Source: Candidatus Jorgensenbacteria bacterium (GTDB lineage: Bacteria > Patescibacteriota > Minisyncoccia > UBA6257 > GWB1-50-10). Taken from it: a stretch of DNA of 61,346 bases. Shown one piece after another: positions 27,373 through 36,803 of the stretch; the first letter of the stretch is position 1; each line of letters opens with the position of its first letter. The notes beneath the pieces are model-generated. The model ran no database searches. It had not been told where the DNA came from and was given only the letters and a program-made list of their open reading frames with translations. Location: contig JAZDFV010000003.1 in NCBI GenBank assembly GCA_043807585.1, positions 1 through 61,346 of the forward strand. Reading direction: 5' to 3'. Made by a program: the position numbers and the translations under genes.

Positions 27373-27414
27373 CATTCGCCTCGCATCGGGCTCTGAAATT
27401 CAGACCACATTGGC

Positions 27415-29142
27415 ATGACAGACCAGGAATTGCTTGATGCCCTTGTGAAGAAAGGACTCCTAGACCAGGTGTCCGCGGCCGGCGTTGCCCGCGATGCCGG
27501 CCTCACCGGTCGCTCGGCCGAGGACGTGCTATACGAGCGCCGCGCCGTGGAAGAGCCGTCGCTCGCCGCGGCGAAGAGCGAACTCCTTGGGATCCCATAC
27601 CGCCCAACGGAGGTGGAGAAGATCCCCGATGAGCTTTTGAAGGTAATTCCCCGCGAGACCTCGGTGACATACCGCGTGATGCCACTATCGCGCGAGCGCA
27701 ACATGCTCGTTGTAGGGATGTTGCGCCCGGATGACGAGCGCGCCCAGGAGGCACTCCGCTTCATCGCGAAGCGGGAGGGCGTAAGTTTGGGTATATACCT
27801 CATAACTCCCTCGGACTTGAAAGCAATGTGGCGCCGCTACGCGCCGTACCGGAGCGAGGTGGAGACGGCCGCAAAGGAAGTCGGCAAACTTCCCGGAGGA
27901 GAAAGCGAGATCACCTCACTCGAGGAGGGAGGGAGCGTCGAGGATGCGCCTATCATCAAGATCGTGGCGGCCACCCTCCGGCAAGCGGTAGAGGGTGGAG
28001 CGTCCGACATCCACATTGAGCCACAGCGCTCGCGCCTCCGCATCCGCTTCCGGGTGGATGGCATGCTCCAGGAAGTTGCTTCGCTCCCCGTGGCGCTTAC
28101 CCAGCAGATACTCTCCCGCGTGAAGGTGCTCGCGCGCCTCAAGCTCGATGAGAACCGCATCCCGCAGGACGGGCGGTTCCGGACCTTGATCTTCGGGCGC
28201 GACATCGATTTCCGGGTAGCCACGTTCCCTACTCCCTCCGGGGAAAAGGTGGCGCTCCGCGTCTTGGACCCAACAGTTGGCTTGAAGGGCTTGGGGGAAC
28301 TTGGGCTTGCCCCTTACCACGAAGCGGTTTTGAAGGAGGCCATTGAACGGCCCTTCGGCATGATCCTGATAAGCGGCCCAACCGGCTCCGGAAAGACCAC
28401 CACTCTCTACGGCATCATGCGCCAGCTCGCGAAGGAAACCGTGAACGCGGTGAGCTTGGAGGACCCGGTTGAGTACTTCATGGAGGGGGTTAATCAGTCG
28501 CAGGTGAAGCCGGAGATCGGCTACACGTTCGCCTCGGGCCTGCGGCAGATCCTCCGCCAGGACCCTGACGTGATCATGGTGGGTGAGATCCGGGACAGCG
28601 AGACCGCGGATCTCGCGGTGAACGCGGCCTTGACGGGTCACGTCCTCCTCTCCACGCTCCATACCAACAACTCGGTGGGAGTGATACCACGACTGGTTGA
28701 TCTCGGTGTGCCGCCGTTCCTCCTCTCTTCTGCCATGAATCTCATGTTGGCACAGCGCCTCGTGCTCCGCCTCTGTCCAGAATGCAGGGTGAAGGGGGAG
28801 GTAGCGCGGGATGCCGAGCGCATTATCAGCGAAGCGCTCGAAACACTCCCGCCGTCCCTGAAAGCGGGGGTGAAAGCGAAACCGCCGTACACGGTCTTTC
28901 GCGCGAAGCCAAAAGCGGACTGTCCCGTCTGCAGGGGAAAAGGCACCGCCGGCCGTGTAGCTCTCTTTGAGCTGTTTCAGATGACTCGGACGCTTGCCGA
29001 CCTCATCACGGGGGGATTTACTGAAGGGAAGCTCATGGACGAAGCAAAGCGGCAGGGAATGGTGACGCTCCGCGCGGATGGGATTTTGAAGGCCTTGAAG
29101 GGCGACGTGGGGATAGAAGAAGTCATCCAGGAAACAACCTAA
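27415..29142 (+). CDS. pilB: Pilus assembly ATPase PilB/GspE
   Basis: GASDIHIEP, GPTGSGKTTT, LRQDPDVIMVGEIRD. Confidence 0.95.
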   Translation: MTDQELLDALVKKGLLDQVSAAGVARDAGLTGRSAEDVLYERRAVEEPSLAAAKSELLGIPYRPTEVEKIPDELLKVIPRETSVTYRVMPLSRERNMLVVGMLRPDDERAQEALRFIAKREGVSLGIYLITPSDLKAMWRRYAPYRSEVETAAKEVGKLPGGESEITSLEEGGSVEDAPIIKIVAATLRQAVEGGASDIHIEPQRSRLRIRFRVDGMLQEVASLPVALTQQILSRVKVLARLKLDENRIPQDGRFRTLIFGRDIDFRVATFPTPSGEKVALRVLDPTVGLKGLGELGLAPYHEAVLKEAIERPFGMILISGPTGSGKTTTLYGIMRQLAKETVNAVSLEDPVEYFMEGVNQSQVKPEIGYTFASGLRQILRQDPDVIMVGEIRDSETADLAVNAALTGHVLLSTLHTNNSVGVIPRLVDLGVPPFLLSSAMNLMLAQRLVLRLCPECRVKGEVARDAERIISEALETLPPSLKAGVKAKPPYTVFRAKPKADCPVCRGKGTAGRVALFELFQMTRTLADLITGGFTEGKLMDEAKRQGMVTLRADGILKALKGDVGIEEVIQETT

Positions 29143-29254
29143 AAGGCTTTCTACAAATTTTCGAACGGTAGCGAAGAAAATTTGTTAAGAAAACTGTTTA
29201 AATTTATGGTAAAATTTATATCGTCAGGAACTCATAAATTTAAATAAATTTGGC

Positions 29255-30325
29255 ATGGACTACGCGCAAAAACTGAATGAGCTTCTCTTGACTACCGCGC
29301 GCGAGAACGCGTCCGACCTCCACATCGCGGTGGGTCGGCGCCCCACCATCCGTATTGACAGCGTTTTGATCCCCCTCGCGAAGGAGCCCATCCTCACCAA
29401 GGAGGACGCCGAGGGACTCGTGGGCGCGCTCCTCTCAGTGGAACAAAAGGATCGGTTCCTGAAACTGAAACAGGTGGATTTTTCGTTCAATTTTGAGGAC
29501 AAGGCGCGGTTCCGGGTGAACGTGTTCTTCCAGCGGGGTTTTATGGCGGCGGCACTGCGCCTTATCCCCGCCCAGATCCGCACTATGGAGGAGCTGAATC
29601 TTCCTCCAATCCTTCACGACTTCGCCAAGATGAACCAGGGGTTCGTCCTCGTCGTGGGGCCGGCGGGGCACGGGAAATCCACCACACTTGCGGCCGTTCT
29701 GGATGAGATAAATCACAACCGCACCGAGCACATCATTACCGTGGAAGATCCCATCGAGTACCTCTTCGCACAGGACCGCTGCATCATCTCACAGCGTGAG
29801 GTGGGGCAGGACACAACCTCGTTCCATGAGGCGCTCCGCGCGGTGCTCCGGCAGGACCCCGACGTCATCATGATCGGCGAGATGCGCGACCCTGAAACCA
29901 TCGCGACCGCGATGACCGCGGCGGAGACCGGTCACATTGTGTTCTCAACCCTCCACACGAACTCCGCTTCGCAGACCGTCGACCGCATCATTGACAGCTT
30001 CCCGCCCGAGCAGCAGGGGCAGGTGGTCTCCCAGCTCGCCTCCACGCTCGTGGCTATCATCTCGGAGCGCCTCGTGCCGCGGGTTGGCGGGGGGCGCGTG
30101 CCGGCGATGGAGATAATGCTCACCAACTCCGCCATACGGAACCTAATTCGCGAGCGGAAGATCTACCAAATCGACCTCGTTATTGAGACCTCCGTGCAGG
30201 AGGGGATGATATCCCTGAACCGTTCGCTTGTGAATCTCCTGAAAAGCAAAGAAATTTCGCTCGAGCAGGCCGAGAGTTACTCGCTCAACCCATCGGAGCT
30301 GAGGATATTGTTGGAGAGAACGTAA
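29255..30325 (+). CDS. pilT: Pilus retraction ATPase PilT
   Basis: ASDLHI, GPAGHGKSTT, AIRNLIRE. Confidence 0.95.
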   Translation: MDYAQKLNELLLTTARENASDLHIAVGRRPTIRIDSVLIPLAKEPILTKEDAEGLVGALLSVEQKDRFLKLKQVDFSFNFEDKARFRVNVFFQRGFMAAALRLIPAQIRTMEELNLPPILHDFAKMNQGFVLVVGPAGHGKSTTLAAVLDEINHNRTEHIITVEDPIEYLFAQDRCIISQREVGQDTTSFHEALRAVLRQDPDVIMIGEMRDPETIATAMTAAETGHIVFSTLHTNSASQTVDRIIDSFPPEQQGQVVSQLASTLVAIISERLVPRVGGGRVPAMEIMLTNSAIRNLIRERKIYQIDLVIETSVQEGMISLNRSLVNLLKSKEISLEQAESYSLNPSELRILLERT

Positions 30326-30327
30326 CG

Positions 30328-30765
30328 CGATGCGAATATACGAATGCATACGAATACTACGAATAAAATCATCTACCCAGAGCTATCGTATGCGCTTACT
30401 GGTGTTTCTTTCAGCGTTCATAACCAACTCGGGCGCTTTTCGCGTGAGCGGCAATACGGCGACGCAGTTGAAGCGAAATTAAAGGAGCTAAAAATACCTT
30501 ACGAAAGAGAGTACAATGTGAAAGGCTCAGGTAACATTATTGATTTTCTCGTAGATAGCAAAATTGTTATGGAACTAAAAGCGAAACCAGTTGTTTCAAG
30601 AGATGATTATTATCAGGTTCAACGATATCTTCAAACGCTTAATTTGAAATTGGGTATCATTGTCAACTTCCAGAACCGGTACATAAAACCCACCCGAGTT
30701 GTCAGGATAGATACCCCTTCAAAAGCGAGATTCGTATAATTCGTTCAATTCGTATATTCGCATCG
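30328..30765. mobile_element. GxxExxY gene bounded by perfect 18-bp inverted repeats
   Basis: cgatgcgaatatacgaat (30328-30345) and attcgtatattcgcatcg (30748-30765). Confidence 0.65.
30344..30739 (+). CDS. GxxExxY protein (PD-(D/E)XK nuclease-like)
   Basis: VHNQLGRFSRERQY, IDFLVD..IVMELK, Q..RYL. Confidence 0.9.
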   Translation: MHTNTTNKIIYPELSYALTGVSFSVHNQLGRFSRERQYGDAVEAKLKELKIPYEREYNVKGSGNIIDFLVDSKIVMELKAKPVVSRDDYYQVQRYLQTLNLKLGIIVNFQNRYIKPTRVVRIDTPSKARFV

Positions 30766-30769
30766 AGAT

Positions 30770-31975
30770 ATGAAGTTTAACTACAAAGCGCGCACGAAGG
30801 AGGGGGAGCTCCAGGTGGGGAACGTTGAGGCCTCGGCCCGCGAGGCGGCGGTTTCCGTGCTCTTGGGGCACGGGCTCTTCGTGCTCTCGGTGGAGCCGGT
30901 GAAGGAGACAAAGTGGTACAGCCGTCTCACCGACTTCTTCGAGCGGGTGAAGGTCACCGACCTCATGGTTTTCACGCGCCAGTTCGCCACCCTCCTCGCC
31001 TCGCAGGTACCTCTGGGGGATAGCTTGCGGAGTTTGTACGCGCAAACCTCAAAACCGGTTCTGAAGGAGGTGCTCGCGGAGGTGGCTTCCGATATTGAAT
31101 CCGGGTTTTCGCTCTCGCAGGCACTCGGGCGCCACCCCGGAGTGTTCTCCGAGTTCTATGTGAACATGGTAAGGTCGGCGGAGGTGACAGGCCGCCTCTC
31201 GGAGGTGCTGGACTTTCTCGCCGATTATCTTGAGCGGCAGTCGATGCTGGTCTCGAAGGTGAGGAACGCGCTTGTCTACCCCGTGTTCGTTGTGGGCCTC
31301 TTCTTCGTAGTGGTCATCATTATGGTGACCATGGTTATTCCACAGATCGCCCCTATCTTTGCCGAGTCGAATGTGCAGCTTCCCGCCCTGACCAGGTTCC
31401 TGGTTTCTTTCGGCACTTTCGTGGTGGGCTGGTGGTGGGCTCTCATAATCGTGTTCACCATGCTCGTCCTCCTAGTGATCAACTATGTGCAGACCGATGA
31501 AGGCAAGGCGGTGTTCAACGAGATCAGCTTACGGCTCCCCTTGATCGGCAAGCTTCTTCAGCGCTCGTACATTGCCCGTTTCGCGGAGTCGGCGAAGGTT
31601 CTGATCCAAGGCGGCCTCACCATTCCGCAGGCAATCGAGATCGCCTCACACACCATCGGCAACTACGTGTACCGTGACGTGCTCCACGAGGCGGCGCAGG
31701 CGGTGCGAAAAGGGCTCCTGCTCTCGCAGGCCCTCAAGGATGCGCCCTACTTCCCGCCGCTCGTCTCCCAGCTCATCGCGGTGGGTGAATCCACCGGCCG
31801 CCTTGAGGTGCTCTTGGGGAAGATCTCCTCGTTCTATGAGCGGCAGGTGGAAGATATCGTGGGGAATCTCGTTGAGCTCATCCAGCCGGCGCTCCTCGTG
31901 GTGATCGGTATCATGGTGGCGGGGCTCTTCGCCTCCATCCTCCTCCCGCTCTACAACCTCACGAAGGTATTCTAA
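30770..31975 (+). CDS. pilC: Platform protein PilC/GspF
   Basis: FTRQFATLL, AEVTGRL, GESTGRL, LIQP. Confidence 0.95.
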   Translation: MKFNYKARTKEGELQVGNVEASAREAAVSVLLGHGLFVLSVEPVKETKWYSRLTDFFERVKVTDLMVFTRQFATLLASQVPLGDSLRSLYAQTSKPVLKEVLAEVASDIESGFSLSQALGRHPGVFSEFYVNMVRSAEVTGRLSEVLDFLADYLERQSMLVSKVRNALVYPVFVVGLFFVVVIIMVTMVIPQIAPIFAESNVQLPALTRFLVSFGTFVVGWWWALIIVFTMLVLLVINYVQTDEGKAVFNEISLRLPLIGKLLQRSYIARFAESAKVLIQGGLTIPQAIEIASHTIGNYVYRDVLHEAAQAVRKGLLLSQALKDAPYFPPLVSQLIAVGESTGRLEVLLGKISSFYERQVEDIVGNLVELIQPALLVVIGIMVAGLFASILLPLYNLTKVF

Positions 31976-32240
31976 AGGGCTTTCTACGAATTTTCGAGCC
32001 GAAGGAGATGAAAATTTGTCGAGAAAACCTTTACCCCGTTAGATAGCGGCAATCATATGAAATTTCAATACAAAAATAGAGTGAGGTATAATAATCATCG
32101 AACTGCACTCCGAGAGGGCTTGCCCGCATCTAACGGGGTGGACATTCGGCCGAGCTCAGTCGAGGCCCTCAATTTTACCGCGCCCGACTTGCCCGAGAGC
32201 AACCCGGGCGGGCGGGTAGTCACTCGCTCCGCTCGTGAAT
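31976..32240. mobile_element. Composite MITE-like element, second copy at 45019-45240
   Basis: accccgttagat...atctaacggggt inner IR; ggacattcggcYgagctcagtcga tail; extensive similarity between copies. Confidence 0.7.
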
Positions 32241-32316
32241 AAAATTGGCATTTGCTATAATAAAGCGGATATTCGAAAGGTCGATGGAATAGCCAATAAC
32301 AAATAACCAATAACAA

Positions 32317-32745
32317 ATGACTAGTAAAAGAAGCGGTTTCACGCTGATCGAGATGCTCGTGGTGGTCGCCATCATCGGGCTCCTTGCGTCAGTGGTAGTG
32401 GTGGGGGTGGGGGGTGCGCGCCAGCGGGCGCGGGATGCGAAGCGCATAGCGGATATCAGGCAGATCCAGAACATGCTTGAGAACTACTACTCGACAAACA
32501 ACGCATACCCCACTGCCTTGAACCTTTTACCTAGCGTGCCTACCGATCCCTTGGATGCCACCAAGTCCTACGGCTACTCTGGGAGCGCCCAGACCTACAT
32601 ACTGGGGACCTGCCTGGAAAACGATCGCCCTGCCGGAACAGGGAGCGTCGCCGAGATGCTTGTTCTCACCAACCTCACCACCAACTGCACCAACTGCAAC
32701 CAAGCCGCGCCCGGAAATCTCAAGGTCTACTGCGTTAAGAGCTAA
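32317..32745 (+). CDS. Type IV pilin (major pilin/GspG-like)
   Basis: GFTLIEMLVVVAIIGLL. Confidence 0.9.
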   Translation: MTSKRSGFTLIEMLVVVAIIGLLASVVVVGVGGARQRARDAKRIADIRQIQNMLENYYSTNNAYPTALNLLPSVPTDPLDATKSYGYSGSAQTYILGTCLENDRPAGTGSVAEMLVLTNLTTNCTNCNQAAPGNLKVYCVKS

Positions 32746-32758
32746 TCCGCTCCACTCA

Positions 32759-33346
32759 ATGTCTACCCTTAAACGCGCTAACGCGGTTTTATCCAGCACC
32801 ACTTTTGAGCACGTCAGCAAAAGTGGTGCGAAGAAGGGTTTATCCAGCACCACCTTTGAGCACGTCAGCAAAAGTGGTGCTGGGTTTACCCTCATCCTTC
32901 GACGAACTCGGGATAAGCGTGGTTTTACGCTTATCGAGATGCTTATTGTGGTAGCCATCATCGGGCTCCTCTCGTCGGTGATCCTCGTGGGGCTTGGTGA
33001 TGTGCGCAAGGAAGCGCGGGACACGCGCCGCATTTCTGACATCCGACAGATGCAGAACCAGCTCGAGATCTACTATTCCGAACACCAGAGCTACCCTCCC
33101 GACGTCTACGAACAGCTTCAGGGGACTCCGTTCGACCCGGTGGCGGATCCAACGACTGGGGAACTGCACAAGTACGTCTACGAACGCCTCTCGCAGAACA
33201 GCTACCTCCTCGGGACATGCCTCGAGGGCGCGCGCCCCACGGGGATAAGCCACATCAGCCAGAATTTCCGGAACGACATCACGAACTACGGCGTCGGCTG
33301 CAATTGCGATGAGGCCGCGCAGCAGGCATACTGTGTGAAGAGTTGA
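32759..33346 (+). CDS. Type IV pilin paralog with repeat-expanded leader
   Basis: GFTLIEMLIVVAIIGLL; leader contains 2x41-bp hairpin repeat. Confidence 0.85.
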   Translation: MSTLKRANAVLSSTTFEHVSKSGAKKGLSSTTFEHVSKSGAGFTLILRRTRDKRGFTLIEMLIVVAIIGLLSSVILVGLGDVRKEARDTRRISDIRQMQNQLEIYYSEHQSYPPDVYEQLQGTPFDPVADPTTGELHKYVYERLSQNSYLLGTCLEGARPTGISHISQNFRNDITNYGVGCNCDEAAQQAYCVKS

Positions 33347-33526
33347 TAGCGCGATGCGAATATACCTGCCCGCCATAGCCTTTATCTTTGTTTTCTCTCC
33401 AGACATAGCTTTCTTATAATTGATGTTTAGACATAAATCATCGGATAGGCGTTGGCAGGCGGGCGAATTCGTGCGAATGATACGAATAATGCGAATGTTG
33501 GGAACGCCGGTTGCCGGTTAATTGTC

Positions 33527-34429
33527 ATGGAAGCGGTGTTTTACGCGACACTTTTTATACTCGGGCTCGCCACGGGGAGTTTCCTGAACGTTCTCACGCT
33601 CCGGTACCAGCCGGAGCGTTCCGTGTTCAGCCGAAAGGCGCTCGGCGGTCGTTCGCATTGTCCGCACTGCAGGAAAACGCTTACCGCGATCGAGCTCATT
33701 CCGCTCGTGAGTTTTCTAATCCAGCGTGGGCGTTGCTCCGCCTGTGGCGAACAGCTCTCACTCCAGTACCCGCTCGTGGAACTGGTGAGCGGCGCGGTGT
33801 GGGTGATGGTGCCGCTCTCGTTGAGTTTTTTTTACAACATCGCCCCAGTCGCCTTCGCTTCCCTCGCGGCGCCGCTATGGTTCTACGGACTCGCACTTGT
33901 GTGGATCGTTGCCTTTCTCACATGGCTCGCGATCTTCGTGATCGATATGCGGCACTATCTGATCCCCAATGAGCTGAATATACTCCTCGCTGTTCTCGGG
34001 GTGGCTGCGATGCTTCTCCTCTCCGCGCACCACGGGGCGCTCCCGGTGTTCCGTGATTCGTTCCTGCGGCACTACGCGCTTCTCGTCTCGCCCACCTTCG
34101 GGGTGTGGGCAGGCCATCTCTTGGGCGCGGCGGCCGGCGGGCTCATCTTCGGTTTCCTGGTGTTTCTGGGACGGGGGCGGGCGATGGGGGTGGGGGACGT
34201 GAAGCTCGCTATTGCCTCCGGGATCCTCTTGGGGTGGCCCGATATTCTCCTCGCCGCGTTCCTCGCATTCATTGTGGGCGGGGTGTGGGGGGTGGTACTC
34301 GTGCTCGCGAAAGAAAAAAAGTTCAGTGACCGTGTTCCCTTCGCGCCTTTCTTTGTGATCGGCGCGGCTATCACGGTTTTCGGCGGGTACCACCTCCTCC
34401 GCCTCTACTTCTCTCTCTTCGGGCTCTGA
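33527..34429 (+). CDS. pilD: Prepilin peptidase
   Basis: GSFLNV, RSHCPHC, GRCSAC, YPLVE, MGVGDVKL, PFAPF. Confidence 0.93.
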   Translation: MEAVFYATLFILGLATGSFLNVLTLRYQPERSVFSRKALGGRSHCPHCRKTLTAIELIPLVSFLIQRGRCSACGEQLSLQYPLVELVSGAVWVMVPLSLSFFYNIAPVAFASLAAPLWFYGLALVWIVAFLTWLAIFVIDMRHYLIPNELNILLAVLGVAAMLLLSAHHGALPVFRDSFLRHYALLVSPTFGVWAGHLLGAAAGGLIFGFLVFLGRGRAMGVGDVKLAIASGILLGWPDILLAAFLAFIVGGVWGVVLVLAKEKKFSDRVPFAPFFVIGAAITVFGGYHLLRLYFSLFGL

Positions 34430-34473
34430 TCTTCAAGACACGCGCTTTTCCCCGCCTCCTGCTATAATAGAGA

Positions 34474-35007
34474 GTGATGCGGGGCTTTTCTCTCGTTGAA
34501 ATGATCGTCGTGGTTGCAATCACCGCGTTCCTTTCCGCGCTTCTCTTGACCTACAACCGCTCGAGCGACAACCAAATCGTGCTTTCAGTGGAACGGGAGA
34601 AGGTAATGGGATTCTTGAACCGCGCCAAGGCCTTTGCGCTGGAGCGGAACCTCGCGAAGGGGGGAGAGGATGTGTGCGCGTTCGGGGTGAATTTCAACAA
34701 AGGCAATGGCACTATGGAGATCTTCCGCATAGGGAGCGGAGTGAGCGGAGGGTGCGGCGATTCTGATCCCTCACTCGACGGCACCAACAATTCTGTCATA
34801 GAGGGCCTTACCCTCGCCTCCCGCGTGGAGTTTAGGAGTTTCACATGCACGCCAACCACGCCCTGCGATGCAGCATCGCACGATGTGGCGTTCATTCCGC
34901 CATACCTCAAGACCGTGAACTCCGGGAGCATCGTGCTCGGCGTCAAAGGCAGTTCGAATGTCCTCACCGTTGAGGTGGGGGTCGGAGGGGAGATAACGCC
35001 CCGGTAA
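34474..35007 (+). CDS. Minor pilin (FimT/GspH-like)
   Basis: GFSLVEMIVVV. Confidence 0.8.
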   Translation: MMRGFSLVEMIVVVAITAFLSALLLTYNRSSDNQIVLSVEREKVMGFLNRAKAFALERNLAKGGEDVCAFGVNFNKGNGTMEIFRIGSGVSGGCGDSDPSLDGTNNSVIEGLTLASRVEFRSFTCTPTTPCDAASHDVAFIPPYLKTVNSGSIVLGVKGSSNVLTVEVGVGGEITPR

Positions 35008-35016
35008 CACGAGGAC

Positions 35017-35529
35017 ATGAAAACGATGTGCAACGCATCCGGCGTGATAGGAAAGAGAGAAGGAAGTTTCCTTGTGGAGGCCATTGTTGCCTTGAGTTTG
35101 GTGGTCACCGGCATCCTCGGGATCATCGTGCTCCTCACCCGTTCCATCGGGCTCACAGCCAATGTGTCGCAGCGCGCGGTGGCGACCTACCTCGCGGCGG
35201 AAGGAATCGAGATAACCAAAAACATCATTGACATCGAGATCGCGAAACCGGCGGGGAGTGGGTGGTCTTTCGTCTCGGGACTTCCTTCTTCGTTTGCGGT
35301 GGAACACGATTCGTCGGCGCCGGACGTGGGTCGTGCCGGGTTACCACTCCATTTCAGTGGCGGTTTATATTCGTACGATCCGAGCGGTGCTCTCACACCG
35401 TTCCGACGGGTGATGACTGCGACCTCAACTGGCGATGAGGTACAGGTGAGTTCAGTGGTGACATGGTCCATAAAAGGAAAGCCGGAATCGGTGAATCTTG
35501 AAGATCGGTTTTGGAACTGGCGCCAGTAA
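35017..35529 (+). CDS. Minor pilin (PilV-like)
   Basis: GSFLVEAIVAL, A.YLAAEGIE. Confidence 0.8.
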   Translation: MKTMCNASGVIGKREGSFLVEAIVALSLVVTGILGIIVLLTRSIGLTANVSQRAVATYLAAEGIEITKNIIDIEIAKPAGSGWSFVSGLPSSFAVEHDSSAPDVGRAGLPLHFSGGLYSYDPSGALTPFRRVMTATSTGDEVQVSSVVTWSIKGKPESVNLEDRFWNWRQ

Positions 35530-36152
35530 TGACGAAACTTATGTCTATCAAAAGCCGAAAAGGGAAAGAGGGGTTTACCCTGAGCTTGCCGAATGGGTTC
35601 ACGGTAGTCGAGCTCCTCGTGGCGATGTCCATATTCGCCATTTTCTTGAGCATTGCTTTCGGTGTATTCGTGCAGGCCGTGAAGGGACAGCGCGAGCTAA
35701 CCCGTTTCATGGCGGTGCAGAACAACGCGGGGCTCGTCTTGGAACAGATGATGCGGGAGATGCGGACCGGCTACTGGTTCTGCGATGGTACGGAAAACGG
35801 TGCCGCGCCCTGTGAGACGAGCGGGAATTCACTCACGTTCAAAAACCACGAAGGGGAAATGGTGCGTTACCGTCTTGATAGTGAGAAAGTGGGAAGGCAG
35901 GTTGTTGGAGTCGATGACGATCCGGTGCCGCTCACCTCAAGCGTGGTGCGAATAAGCAACCTGCAGTTTCTCGTGACCCAGCAGGGAAACCCCTGCGTGC
36001 CGCCGCGGATCACCGTGGCGATGCAAGCCGGGCTCGCGGGGGCGGGGAACGTAGCGCCGGTGAATTTGGAGACCTCGGTGAGCTCCAGGGTTTTCCCTGT
36101 TGACGTAAAGGGCGCGTCGCTGAGTCTTAGGTCCAGCTGTTACGTGCCGTAA
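35529..36152 (+). CDS. Minor pilin (PilW/GspJ-like)
   Basis: GFTVVELLVAMSIF. Confidence 0.8.
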   Translation: MTKLMSIKSRKGKEGFTLSLPNGFTVVELLVAMSIFAIFLSIAFGVFVQAVKGQRELTRFMAVQNNAGLVLEQMMREMRTGYWFCDGTENGAAPCETSGNSLTFKNHEGEMVRYRLDSEKVGRQVVGVDDDPVPLTSSVVRISNLQFLVTQQGNPCVPPRITVAMQAGLAGAGNVAPVNLETSVSSRVFPVDVKGASLSLRSSCYVP

Positions 36153-36167
36153 GACGTACGAATATAT

Positions 36168-36770
36168 ATGGCAGCAAGGTCAATAGAAAAAATTCGACAG
36201 CGGGCTTCGGCTGAGCTCAGCCGAAAGTCCTCAGGGCAAGCCCTCCTCCGCCAGAAGGCTACGGACGGGCAAGCCCTTCGACGGATTCGACTGGGGCTTC
36301 GACTGAGCTCAGCCGAACGTCCTCACCGCAGGCAGCGCTCAGGGCAGGCCCTTCGACAGCGCTCAGGGCAGGCCATGCTCCTTACGGTCATCATGACCAG
36401 CGGCATCCTTTTCCTCGTGACATCGGTGGCTGGGATCCTTATGTTCTACCAGCTTCAGCAGGTAACCGACATTGGGAATTCCGCCGCGGCCGTCTTTGCC
36501 GCAGATGCAGCCTTGGAGAAAGCGACGTACAACTATCTCAAAAGCACGGAATTCGTATATGACCCCACCAAACCCTGTTTTGTGTCCCCACGGCCTCCTT
36601 CGTGTCTCGGCCCCACAGTTTCGCTCTCGAACGGAGCGTCTGGTTCCTCGTATCTTGTGATCCCGCCTCCCGGCACTCCAAACGCCACCACGGTCATCAC
36701 GGCGGAGGGGAAAGGCCCCGGGGGGCGCACAGTCCGTCTTCTCCAGACAACTTTCTTCGTGAACCCCTAA
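36168..36770 (+). CDS. PilX-like minor pilin with REP-expanded leader
   Basis: SGQAMLL..., AVFAADAALE; repeated GQA segments. Confidence 0.7.
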   Translation: MAARSIEKIRQRASAELSRKSSGQALLRQKATDGQALRRIRLGLRLSSAERPHRRQRSGQALRQRSGQAMLLTVIMTSGILFLVTSVAGILMFYQLQQVTDIGNSAAAVFAADAALEKATYNYLKSTEFVYDPTKPCFVSPRPPSCLGPTVSLSNGASGSSYLVIPPPGTPNATTVITAEGKGPGGRTVRLLQTTFFVNP

Positions 36771-36803
36771 ATTTCAGAGGCGAAACCTCCGAAAATTTGG
36801 ACT

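Noticed and set aside
24390-36770. Type IV pilus cluster as a novelty
   Set aside because: Standard CPR gene content; only its insertions are notable.
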